A stretch of DNA of 62,318 nt, filler included, from Callorhinchus milii (lineage: Eukaryota), in the NCBI RefSeq assembly GCF_018977255.1. It is 5 parts of 5 records of this genome, joined end to end, with 100 filler letters (N's around TTAATTAATTAA, not from the genome) between each part and the next. Parts side by side here need not be neighbours in the genome. Positions count along the whole stretch, not along the records: positions 1 to 13,799 come from NW_024706161.1; positions 13,900 to 24,030 come from NW_024704870.1; positions 24,131 to 43,905 come from NW_024705928.1; 2 more parts are not named here. One strand, 5' to 3'. Position 1 is the stretch's first letter; each line of letters opens with the position of its first letter. The translations under genes and the position numbers were made by a program. Below, one piece after another: positions 13,410-24,655 of the stretch. The notes below the pieces were generated by a model that had not been told where the DNA came from, ran no database searches, and saw only the letters and a program-made list of their open reading frames with translations.

Positions 13410-13799
13410 CACAGTGATAGACTGCAATGCAAGTCTCGTACAAAAACTGACTTCAATTTGTACATAGGGATGATCTGCCTGTAACCAGACGGAGAGGAAG
13501 CCACATTAACCTCACACCAACTTGTCAGTTAAAGGTTCACACCTTATATGTTACAATAAATTCAGAACCCATGAATGCTTGAGTTTATGTATTGCACGTC
13601 CAGTTGCTATGATTTACTTTGGTCTGTCAATGTAATAAAACAAATCATGTTTCTTTTGTTATTACTTAAACGGAACCTGTGGCGGAGTGGAAATAATTCT
13701 CGACTCTCAAACTGGAGGACCCGGTTTCGATCCCGAGCGTAGTAAGCCTTTGGCAAGTTTCATCGCTCCTCACACGGGCATTTGTTTACAGAGGAGTGA

Positions 13800-13899
13800 N
13801 NNNNNNNNNNNNNNNNNNNNNNNNNNNNNNNNNNNNNNNNNNNTTAATTAATTAANNNNNNNNNNNNNNNNNNNNNNNNNNNNNNNNNNNNNNNNNNNN
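13800..13899. other. Artificial contig spacer (44 N + TTAATTAATTAA + 44 N); also at 24031-24130, 43906-44005 and 57770-57869
   Basis: Four identical 100-nt spacers carrying a six-frame stop 12-mer. Confidence 0.95.
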
Positions 13900-14586
13900 T
13901 CCCCTCTTTTCTTTCCTTCAAGACATATTTCAGGACCATTCTCTTCGACCTTGCTTTGCTTCACTGTTTCCTCACCTGCTCTCCACGCTCCTCCAAACCG
14001 ACCACTAAATGAGATTCGAAATATCGGTTATCCAGCAACTTGGGATGTCCTTCCGAAGTGTAATGCTCTATGTGCATGTAATTTTATTGTTGTTCTTGTT
14101 CGGATATCTCAAACAGCTTCACAGGATATAATTTTGAAGTGTAATGATTGTAATAAGATTTCCAGGATAGCCCCGACGCACAATGAGACTATAACATGCA
14201 GAGATTTATAAGCTACAGTTGGGTACTTGAACTCACCCTGTTTGGGATTGGGAGCCAGTATTTTTCAGTTAGTTCACAATCAATTCAACTTACAGTATGT
14301 ATTGTGAAGAGCTTTGAGACGTCTCGAACACGTGATAAGGCGCGATATGCAATGTAAAGATTAATATGATTTACTTTTCTTTCATTCTTTCACTACATGA
14401 ATTACTCTATCACTGTTTGCTTGCGGTTTGGAAATCAGTCACTTGTTTCCTCAGAGAGACAGAGCAGCAAAGTCACAACTTGTCAAATAGGTCTACTGTC
14501 ATGAATAACATCTGTGCTGGGATGAAACACTTTCTCTCCTCTTAGGAGGTTGATGTACAGCGGTTTAGTCCGACAGTAACACTATG

Positions 14587-14785
14587 TGTGCGACGGCACA
14601 GTAATATGTGTACGCGTCAGTTAAAGACACGGGGATCGCAGTGACAGTGGATTACAATTTATCCTCTATTTACATTCAAACATTGGTGAAATCAGCAGAG
14701 CAGTTGCAGCTCAGGGTTACAGTCTGGCCTTCGGGAACAGACACTTTCATTTGTGACGGTTCAACGCTAACTCCATTCGCTGTAC
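14587..14785 (-). pseudogene. TCR V pseudogene with internal deletion
   Basis: Acceptor CTGTAG; GTANGVSVEPSQMKVSVPEGQTVTLSCNCSADFTNV*...SLTDAYTYYCAVAH, lacking the Trp-containing middle strands and containing stops; RSS CATAGTG-23-ACATCAACC. Confidence 0.75.
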
Positions 14786-15938
14786 CTACAGCCGAAGAGA
14801 ACATATCATTATGTTCCGATATGTTGTGTCCTGACCCAACTGTCCAACGCCTTTGGACGACATCTCGACGTGAAAGGCGCTCTATAAATGGAACCTTATT
14901 GTTGTTGTTGTTGTACCTGTCACAAAAACGCCATAGGTAAATCCCCAAATTGATTCAAAGGTGCGAGGGAATGACTTACACATTAGGCCCAACAACGGTT
15001 AATTGAACAGCACAAAATGTTTACTCTCCATCTTTTCAAGTGAGCACTTAGATTATTCAATGGGAGTTTTTGAGCTAAGAGTTTCTGTGCTGAATCGTAC
15101 TTGAACACAGCGCCAATGGGAACAGCTATGCTCTAGCAAGTTGCGTTGACAGGACCCCGTCACCGGATTTGGGAACTCTATATTCTGAAATGCGGCACTA
15201 ATGCAAGGCTGGGTGTTGACTGTAGTGGGGAGACTTGTAGCTTATTTGTTAGAGCACTGGACTTGCAACCGGGAGACACGGATGGAGTCCTGGCAGAGCA
15301 ATTTGTTGGGTAATTACCCTTGTTCCATACACATTATTCCACTTACGCAATAGAAATTTGTAACTCACTTCATGGATGTTTGATGGACCTTACAATTTCC
15401 AAATTCCCGTGAATCACAAAATCATCTCATTTTAGATTATTTCATGTGAAATGCTTTGGGAATGTTGTGACATGTGTTATACCAAATGTAAGTATGACGT
15501 TCTCAGTGTAGAAAACACAAAGAGAATTATTCAATGCACACTGTTCCTGTAGGTGAGCGAGCTTTTAGTGCAAACACAAGCCATAAATAGTCCAACAAAT
15601 GTTTGTTATAATCTGCTGAACATTGGCAAATGTCATCCCGAATCTAAGCAGTAAAAATAAAAGGAAGGATTCAGGCGGGAAATGAAAAATGGGAGAGAAG
15701 GGTAAGGTGGAAAGAAAGAGAGCGAGTGCTCCATAATTACTGGTGTTCAATATATTTTATATTTTATATTCTCTTCATGTAAACTCGATAAGGTTTAAGC
15801 TATGGTGGCAGTTGGGACGCAACGAAAAAAGCCAGACACTTTGTTACACTCTCGGTCACGAACAGTGCTGTATTGTTTCCCAGCTTTGGCTGTGATGAGG
15901 GTTATTGTACGAGGCTTCCTATGATGTGTAACACTGTG

Positions 15939-16240
15939 GTGCAGACTGAGTGCACAGTGGTTCATAGCGGAGTCTGTCAGCCGCAGGTCGGCGATGGTTA
16001 AAACGCTGATTTTCTTGGTAGTGTCAAGAGAAGCAGAAATATGATTTCTCGTGGGGTTCCCTCCCTCTCCTGAGGGGTTTCGGTGGAGCAGATATTTCAG
16101 TCCCTCGCCAGGGGACTGTCGGTACCAGGAGACGCTGAAATCCTGTCCACAGTATCCTGAATATTGGCAATGTAAATGTATCCTCTCACCAGCAAAAGCA
16201 GTTTGTTCAGGCGGTGACTGGGAAACTGTATAGTTGGATC
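15939..16240 (-). CDS. Intact leaderless NAR-TCR supporting TCR Vdelta (cassette 2)
   Basis: Acceptor CCCGCAG; SNYTVSQSPPEQTAFAGERIHLHCQYSGYCGQDFSVSWYRQSPGEGLKYLLHRNPSGEGGNPTRNHISASLDTTKKISVLTIADLRLTDSAMNHCALSLH with an extra CDR1 Cys; RSS CACAGTG-23-ACAATAACC (15900-15938); phase matches the J donor at 18255. Confidence 0.93.
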
Positions 16241-16266
16241 CTGCGGGACGCAAATTACAGTTTACT

Positions 16267-16800
16267 TAGAGTCATGGAATCATTGAGTCTTTCAGCACAG
16301 GAAGAGGCCATTCAGCCCATCGTGTCTGTGAAAAGAGCTTTGAAAACAGCTAACCAATACAATCCCACTCTCCCGCTATGAACACATAGACTTTTATAAT
16401 TCCTTTTGATGCATCCAGCCAATTTCATACTGAAATTATCTTTTGAATCTGTTTCCACTACCCTTTGAGGCAGCACATTGCATTCAATAAAAATTTTCAG
16501 TGAAAATAAATTCTTCTGCTCTCCCCACTTGTTCTGTTACCACTTATCTTACATTTGGGTTCATTAGTTGCTGAAGCACTTCCCAGTGGAATCATGTTTT
16601 CCTTTTCTGCTCTCCCAAGAAACACTCGCATCTGTGAACACTTCAATTAAATCTCCTCTGAACCTTCGGTGCTCTCAGGAGAACATTGCCAGAACATACA
16701 AATTAATTCCTTCTGTCCTGGTATCATTTTGCCAAATCTCTTTCGCTCCCTGTCCAAGGCCTTCACACACTTCCTAATGTGTCCGTGAAAGGTACAACGA
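16267..16800 (-). mobile_element. CR1-type LINE 3' fragment
   Basis: Homologous to 1900-2290 (AAATCTCCTCTGAACCTTCGG...GAGAACATTGCCAGA) and in the same orientation relative to the supporting V. Confidence 0.65.
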
Positions 16801-17264
16801 TACACGTAAGGATTAATGTTACATCAACAGTAGAAAGAGCAAAGGAATGTATTAAAGTAGACATCTCTTTTAGCTGAGCCATGTTTTATTGCAGACACAA
16901 ACCCTATGTTTAATTCTGTGACACCATTGATAAGCCTCTCGTAAGTGTACCGTTTAATTAAGCATTGATTCTCTAATTTTGTACTTGTTTGCTGTAGTGG
17001 ATTGTCCGCGTTGAGGCTTTGGGTGTCTGTGTTCATGGGAATGTTTAGCAGAGAGTCAGGTGTCAGTTTGTACCGTTAAATCGGTGGGTTTACAGTTGAG
17101 GCAAATGGAAAGTTTCCCTTCTGTTAATGTCGTTACTTTATCATCGGTGCTGGAGGAGGTTCAGCCTCCGGTTTGTTGCCAATATCAGTTTCTCTCTCAG
17201 TCTGTGAACTGCTCAATGCAGTTTCACGTGTACCAGAAGCAAAGTGCTTTCTCTGTCTCTCTCT

Positions 17265-17330
17265 GTTTCTCTCTCCCTCTCTCTCTCTCTCTTTCCTTCT
17301 CTGTCTGTCTGTCTGTCTGCCTGTCTATCT
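17265..17330. repeat. (CT)n/(CTGT)n microsatellite; further simple repeats at ~17640-17700, 20550-20770, 29355-29385 and 36095-36200
   Basis: Direct inspection. Confidence 0.9.
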
Positions 17331-17646
17331 ATCCCTTTCTCTCAATTATACCTTGGGCAAGTTTCCTTAGTCCTAATAGTAATTCCTCCGGAAAAATTGC
17401 AATAATAGATCGGTCATTTTCAATCCATGTCTGTTTGTGGGGCATTGCTGTACGCAATCGGCTGCCGCGTTTGCCCACAAATGTACAGTCAATTCCGTTT
17501 ACAGTATATTCTGTAAGGGATTTGGGACGTTTAGAAGACGTAAAAAGCGCGATAGCAATTGTAAGCATTATTACTATTATTACTATTATTATCCCTCTTT
17601 AGCTTTGTTGCTGAGTTGCTTTCTTTGTTCCTTTGTTTCTTTGTTG

Positions 17647-17680
<34 letters not shown>

Positions 17681-18255
17681 GTCTTTCCCTCTTTCTCTCT
17701 AATTCTTTTTCATTCTTTCTTCAAATTTCATGTCTTCCATTTTCGCACGATGTATTGATTCCGCAGGCTTGCATTTGGACTTGCTTGTTGGTCAAGAATA
17801 AAGGAAAATTGCCTGGGAACACTCAGCGTATATGGAGAGACGAAGATATGTTAACGTTTCAGGTCGATGAACTTGATTTAGAACTGTAGCCCCCACTTCT
17901 CGGGAGAGCAGAGGAGGATATGCACAGTAATACATCGTTTGATCCAACCGCTATTGTACAGATAACTTTCCTGAATTCATATCAATGTACTCTGGTCATG
18001 TTCCTTTGGAACGACTATCCAGACCAAATCAGTAACTTTGCAAAACTTGGAAATAAAAGTCGGTCATTTGAGAAACAAACCTTAAAGCAGGTGCTTATTT
18101 TTATTTTCTCACCAAAACCATGAATTTTGTTTTCAAACTGTTTGTTGAAACGGCACATTTGTACATAATTGGGAGCAATCGTTCAGAATAATGTTTTTTA
18201 TAAACTCACGTAAATAAATTTCTATTTTCACCCGTTAGAAATGTTTCCCACTTAC

Positions 18256-18311
18256 TTTTCGTTACAGTTACCTTGGTTCCTGAACCATCTACTGTATATT
18301 CACCGTAATAA
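18256..18311 (-). CDS. NAR-TCR J segment, cassette 2
   Basis: YYGEYTVDGSGTKVTVTK, donor GTAAGT; RSS heptamer 18312-18318, 23-nt spacer, nonamer 18342-18350. Confidence 0.93.
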
Positions 18312-18692
18312 CACAGTGACACAGCTCTCATTCTGCAAGGTGCAAAAACTGTTCCATCGAATCATGGTTTAATCCTGGAACCAAAACAAGCAAATGCAGA
18401 CAAATTGGAAACTAATTCCTATATTTCCACCGCAGTCCCATTTGTATAATATTCGTTTGTCCAAATCATGCTTATTTTCAGTAAGTTTTCCACATAAACA
18501 GGAACAAAGCGCAAAGCCCGAAGAAGATCTTTCTGCAAATAATTATACAAAATGTGTGGAAATAATTAATATTCAAAGCTAACTTTCTGTACGTTCTGGA
18601 ATACAAAAGAGGGCAATGTTAGCGGTGATCACGTCTCATGTATTTCCTCGAAAATTAGCAGTGCGGTAATTGTGCTGATGTTTTCCAATGTG

Positions 18693-18706
18693 GCTTCCCC
18701 AGCGAG
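18693..18706 (-). other. NAR-TCR D segment (12/12), cassette 2
   Basis: TGTTTTTGT-12-CACTGTG-CTCGCTGGGGAAGC-CACATTG-12-ACAATTACC (18665-18734). Confidence 0.92.
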
Positions 18707-19095
18707 CACAGTGTTTAATGTGAACACAAAAACACAGGTTTGCAAAACAATTCAAATGATTTCGGCCATTTACAAATGATCAATTAATCACATAATGTGT
18801 AAAACTCTATTGAATATTTTCTTAGCAAATTTGCATGCCGTCTGTCTCTTGCAATAATTTATAAGGTAGATGAATCCAAACAACGTATTAACCTCAGATT
18901 GATGCACAATCACTTTTCCTAAGTATTCATAAGTGATAGTCGCTTGTTAAAGAAAATATTCTTAGACGTAGCTGTACATCACCTTGAATGAGGAATATGC
19001 ACTGAACTCATCGACAAGTTCATATTCTCTGTGTTTTTCCTGTGAGTTGGTGTCGGGGCTTTTTGTATTGTTGGAAGCCCAGATACGGCATTGTG

Positions 19096-19381
19096 GTATC
19101 CCAGTCATATCGAGCTCTACAGTAATAATCAGCGCTGTCTTCAACTTGCAAATCATTAATTTCCAGCAAAGACGTCTTCGATCCAGTGTCTGTCTTTACA
19201 ACAAATCGTCCTCCAAGAGGGATCCGCTTCCAATATTCCTCACTTTGAAAATGTCTAAAATATTCCATGCTCTTGAAAGTCTCATAATAACCTGCTTCAA
19301 AGACACAATTGATGGTCAAAGACTCGCATTCTTCTCTCCTAAGAGAGGGTGGTGTCTGCTTTACTGAGGCACTGAAAACAT
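19096..19381 (-). CDS. Intact NAR-TCR V exon, cassette 2
   Basis: VFSASVKQTPPSLRREECESLTINCVFEAGYYETFKSMEYFRHFQSEEYWKRIPLGGRFVVKTDTGSKTSLLEINDLQVEDSADYYCRARYDWDT; 61 aa between the canonical Cys (IgNAR-like CDR2 deletion); extra FR1 Cys; RSS CACAATG-22-ACAAAAAGC. Confidence 0.93.
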
Positions 19382-19773
19382 CTGAAAATTATACACAGCA
19401 AAACGTAAGTTTAATAGATAGAAAACACTGACCAATTCGATTAAAATTAATCCCAAGCCTCAGCTTGATTTTGCTAGATACCGAATGATATAATGCTGTA
19501 TTGATTAATAATATACTTATAATATCAATTGACATAAGTAATTATAATGTACAATATAACAATGTAATTGATCTCAGTTCCCTGCCGCATTTCGCGCACA
19601 ATAAACACACTCAAAAATACACTTTACAATATGTTCCATGAAGCGATTTGATACGTCTCATCGACTTCATGAGGCGCTCTATCAATCAATAAATTATAAT
19701 TATCATGTTGCACATTGTAATGATGACATTCACTGGCGCTGTGTAGTGCTGTGTAATGGAAACAAACACTTAC

Positions 19774-19816
19774 AATGTAAGAAGAGGAAGCAGATGGAGA
19801 CATAGAGCAGAGACAT
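19774..19816 (-). CDS. NAR-TCR leader exon, cassette 2
   Basis: MSLLYVSICFLFLH-T/GTAAGT, phase 1, joins the V exon as ...LFLHYVFSA. Confidence 0.9.
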
Positions 19817-21993
19817 TCTCGCACCGCTGGAAGATACCGTCAGCCCCGGACACCTCAGCGTGACTGTGAGTAACACATGGTTGTTCTGTAAGAGTTTTAG
19901 TGACTTGTTTTATTTGTGGTGAACAGCGTCACATGATGGATGGTGTCGGCGGCTTTGAGGTATGGGCGGGGGGGTGGTTTTGGGGTGGAGGGGAAGAACA
20001 TACATGAGGAAAGGGACTGACTGACTGCGCCCGAGAGCAGTGGGCAGAGAGGACGATTTGGGGATGACTGTTCGAGGCTCATTTAGGTTTAAATAGACAA
20101 TTGACGTGGAAGCCAACGAGATGGAGTAGAATCTGACACTGTGAGAGGGACAAAGGTGTAGAGTGAACTTTACTGGGAATTGGGAAAGACATGTAAAGAA
20201 AATACATACACTCCTTTGCCTTGGAGTGTGTTCTGTTACAGTGACCAGCAGCAGGATCGGGAAGCCGGTCAAGGCAGCAGAGTGTTAGCGAGATGTGGGT
20301 GATGATGGGTGAGGAGGAGGAGGGAGAAATCGGGGTAATGAGTGTGCGGTTGGGTGTTTATATAATCCTTGGGTACAAAACGGGTGACAAAGAGATGAAG
20401 GGCCGGAGGCGGACATGAAGGAGGAAGAGAAGGCAGCTCATATGATGCTCAATTTTCAGCGTATCATTTGAAGTGGTTTATCACGAATTAAATATATGGC
20501 AATGCACCTTTTTAAATACAAACATTATTATTAATCCCTGACTTGTCTGTCTGTATGTCTGTGTATCTGTGTGTGTGTTTTTTTTCTGTGTCTGTCTGTC
20601 TGTCTGTCTCTCTGTCCGTCTGTGTGTGTTTCTCTCTCTCTCGCTTTCTTTCGCTCTCTCTCTCTCTCCCTCTCTCTCTCGTTGGCCCTCTTTCTTTGGT
20701 TCCTTAGGAATGTTTCCTTGCTGCCCAAATACACACACACACACACACACAGACACACACACACACAGACAAACGCCTCAGTTTAGCAATAATTACAAAC
20801 CGCTTGTTCTGCGAATGTTTGATCGCTTTTAATAACTTATTAATAATAATAATTTGATACTTAATCCATGACTGTGTATAGGACGTCGCCTCTGTTGGTG
20901 CTTTTCGCCTGAAAACCACAGTCACTACCGTTTACAATGTATTCTGTAAAGGGTTTTGTGGCGTCTCGTTCACATGATGAGGAGCTGTGTAAAATGCAAG
21001 GAACTTTATACTTACTAAGCCTTTTTACAAATGTTATTGGACTTCAGCACTGAGGGGGTTAGGGGTTGTGAGGGGGGAGTTGATCACGAGTGGAATGAGG
21101 TTTGTGATTATTTTTTGACTTGAACCATGGACTGGGAAGTCAAAGCAGTTTGGGACTGTTTGTGAGGGAGAGTAAATATACTTGATCGTGTTTTATTCTT
21201 GTAACCATAATAATCCTTGCATTTGATACTCAACATTATCACGTCCCAAAGTCATTCAAAAATATACTGAAGAGTTGATCTATTTCATGTTGAGGTGGAA
21301 AAACGAATCAGCCAATTGTGCTCATCAGTGGCCCACAAACAGTCGTAGATTGAGTGACCGAATTAATATTTTAGTTATGTAATTATTGACATGTTTGAAA
21401 ATAAACATGTAATTGTTTTATTTTAAGCGATTATTGCCGCCGGTAAGTTAACCTCCAAACGAATAACATGAGTGTTCCTATTTACTGGTAAACACACAAA
21501 GTCGTGTGTGGCTAAAGGAAAGTTGCCTAAGGTTTCTCGCCACCCGAGAATCGAACTCAGATCATCTCACTTGCGAAACTTGTGATTTGACCACAAAGTT
21601 AAAAGACTGCACATTATTGCACGAATGAGGTATCTTCCTGACGTGAAAGCTGCTGTTTAACAGTCAGTTTTATTTTATTGTTATATGTCGGCACCTATCG
21701 GCATTTCAGTAGAATGTCAGTATGTATTCGTGGTTTGAGTGACCAAATTATTACTATTATTTAAAGAACTTATTAAACCCAGAAACCAATCCCTCAATCG
21801 ACTAACAATCGTGTTCTTATTTACTGCTAAACAAACTGAGGTGTGTGGAGTAAGGAAAGTTGCCCAATATTTTGCACGGCTGGGAATCAAACACAAGTCT
21901 ATCGTTTGCGAGGCGAGTGCTCTAACCACTGAGCTGCAAGGCTCCACCTTGGGAGGTTTTTGTACAGGGAAGTCATTGACTTGCAGCACTGTG

Positions 21994-22890
21994 CTTGTTG
22001 TTAAGCCGCAATAATATGTGGCAGCGTCAGTGACAATGACACTGGATATGCTTAATGTGGTTTGTCTCTGATTCGTGTCAAGCTGTGAAGTGAAACGGCC
22101 TTTGGCGAAATCTGCTGTGTTGCCATTTCCATCAGTATCCCTGCAGAGAATGTATTGGGTGATGTCTGTACCAGTACAGAGCAGCATAGGACGAGCTGCT
22201 GGTATATGAGCAGCTCAGACTCACTGTGTCTCCCTCTTGTTTGCTCAGCCCCACTGTCTGCTCTCTGACTGAAACTCCCACCACCACATCTGCAACGAGA
22301 GGAAAAGATCAACATCAAACATGGCGCTAATGATGTCCTGCAGATCAATGATTAGTGCTCTCGCCTCGCAAGGGAGAGGACAAGGGTTCAATTCCCGGGC
22401 AGGACAGGGAGAAACCTTAGGCAAGTTTCCTTACTACACATAAACGCCTCTGTTTACCAAGCAATAAGTAGGAACCCAGTTGTTGGAAGATTGGCGGAAG
22501 CTTTTCCTCGGATAATAATGTGTAAAAAACAAACGTGGTCACTCAATCCACCACTTTTTGTGGAAGTGTGATGTGCACAAATGAGTGCCGCGTTTCCCTC
22601 ACAACATAGGCGGTCAGTTGACTTGTCCATGAATACTGAGACGCGCTTTGTGACGCCTTCGTTATATGAAGGCGTTTCATCAAACACAAAAATTACTATA
22701 ACTAGCTTTCCATTGCTAACATCTCAACTAACAAACCCAGCTCGGTTGACCAACCAGGTCTACCAAACGCAATGACCCATCATCCTACTGATGAAAACGC
22801 CTCTTTATTAATATTAATCTGTACTGTATGTTTCACAGCCTCACCTGACATAAAGCTCAATGTGAGAAGGTATTCGATGAACAGCCGCAT
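21994..22890 (-). pseudogene. TCR Valpha/delta pseudogene (leader 22845-22890, V exon 21994-22289)
   Basis: Leader MRLFIEYLLTLSFMS-G; V reads VVVGVSVREQTVGLSKQEGDTVSLSCSYTSSSSYAALYWYRHH-[frameshifting FR2 deletion]-QYILCRDTDGNGNTADFAKGRFTSQLDTNQRQTTLSISSVIVTDAATYYCGLTT; perfect RSS CACAGTG-23-ACAAAAACC. Confidence 0.88.
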
Positions 22891-23229
22891 TGTCGCTCTT
22901 GAGAAAGAAGACTTTGCCGTTAGAGTTTGATGACTGAATGTGTGTGTCAACGGTGAAGGGTTTCAACATGACATCCGTGACCCCACAGCAGCGTTTCCTT
23001 AACACACTTACCCCGTGACATTGTCACGCCGCTAAATATGGGCGTTGGGCTACACTCACTTACATGCTGAATGATTTCAGAGTCACCACAAGATGATGTC
23101 AAAGCTACTGTGGATAAAAGTTTTGTGAGGAAGGATCACACTAATCCTTGCATTTGATGAAGCGCCTTTGGACATTAATTACAATCATAAACAGCAATAA
23201 GTAACATGTTTGAGATTGCTCGGACGTCC

Positions 23230-23420
23230 TTAGTCGCTGGAGAGTGAAGGCGTTTGTACTCGGGATTAGAGAGGGGAGAGAGGATGGTGGGTGGAGGAGG
23301 GATGATCACTGAAGAGTCGGTTGAGAAGGATGGTCTTCAGACAGGCACTGAATGAGGCAAGGGGACACAAACGTTTGAGAAGATGTTGTAGATCCTCTTC
23401 CAACTTTAGATGCTAACAGA
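23230..23420 (-). mobile_element. L2-type LINE 3' fragment
   Basis: Similar to the L2 3' ends at 40990-41450 and 41935-42255. Confidence 0.5.
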
Positions 23421-24190
23421 GTCTCTGCCACCGAACATCAGCGATCTCCACAAACACTACATTTTATACGGTATGAATACTAAAGCTTCCAGGACTCTCA
23501 CATGGATCAGGCAGAATATCGCTGATCGTTTCGATTCGTTCCTTAGGATATTTGACGCTCATTTGAACAGTGATGGATTGAGAGACCAACACTGTTTTTG
23601 TAGGATTTATTATTCCCGCGGAAAAGCGATTCGCCGATCAATTTACACCCGGGTTGTTTATCGCTGCGAGATAAACAACGGTCTGTGTGTGGAGTAAGGA
23701 AACTTGCCTAAGAATTTACAAGGCCCGGAATTGAACCAGGGTCCTCTTGTTTGTCAGACGTGTGTTGTTGCCACTCCGCCACACAGCTCCGTGCAAATTA
23801 AGAAAGAACAAAATAAACATGATTTGGTTTGATTTTATTTGGAACCTGAAGTCAACCAAAAGCAACTGGGCCTGTAATGCCTACGTCGTTCACTAATTGT
23901 TTTCTGTATTTAATGTGACAGATAATGATGTGAACGGTTAGCTGACACGTTGATGTGAGGTGAATGTGGTTTCCGCTGAGTCTGGATACAGCCATGTTTG
24001 CTCCCCTGAGGGCCACTAAACTGACCAATGNNNNNNNNNNNNNNNNNNNNNNNNNNNNNNNNNNNNNNNNNNNNTTAATTAATTAANNNNNNNNNNNNNN
24101 NNNNNNNNNNNNNNNNNNNNNNNNNNNNNNGCAGCTCTCTGTCCCTCGGTTATTCGGCTCAAGTCTCAGTTCTGACAAGTGTCCAGAAAC

Positions 24191-24655
24191 ATGAGGTCCC
24201 TGATTTCTCTCAGTGTGTTGCTGGCTGTCTTCTCCGTGAGTGCTCTTATTCTGACAGTCTCACTGTTCCTGTGTCGATGTTATTCTCTCTGCAAATTCTC
24301 AGAGACAGGATATTACACATTCATTAATCTTCGACCGTTTATTCTTGACAGGTGTCCAGGCAGATTTGGTTCTGAAACAGCCGCCGTATCTAACCGGGAA
24401 AACCGGCCAGGCCCTGAGACTGACCTGTGAATCCAGCGGTTTATCTCAGTATAGCACACATGTCCTGGTACCGGCAGCTTCCCGGGAAGCAGCAGGAAAA
24501 TCTGCTCAAGTATGAAGGCTCATCCATCAAGTCATTCGGGTCCGGGTTTGAAAACCGTGTCATTGTCATCAGAGAAGATTCCCAAAGCATCTTCGATCTG
24601 ATCATCAAATGCCCGACAGTGCACGACACCTCCACCTATTACTGTGAAATTAAGA
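24191..24655 (+). pseudogene. IgH-type V gene (leader 24191-24235, V exon 24352-24655); two small lesions as assembled
   Basis: Leader MRSLISLSVLLAVFS/GTGAGT (phase 0, one base short); V reads VQADLVLKQPPYLTGKTGQALRLTCESSG-[shift]-YLSIAHMSWYRQLPGKQQENLLKYEGSSIKSFGSGFENRVIVIREDSQSIFDLIIKCPTVHDTSTYYCEIK; RSS CACAGTG(24656-24662)-23-ACAAATACA. Confidence 0.85.

Noticed and set aside
13009-13467. 152-aa ORF as an intact V gene
   Set aside because: It is open only through compensating indels, lacks the WYR motif in frame, and has YYY for YYC.
13844-13855. TTAATTAATTAA inside N runs as a biological motif
   Set aside because: It is identical in four 100-nt gaps and is a six-frame-stop concatenation linker.
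17060-17889. Long ORFs of 150-180 aa in the ORF track (also 20481-20925 and 35940-36232)
   Set aside because: They are products of microsatellites and SINEs with low-complexity translations.
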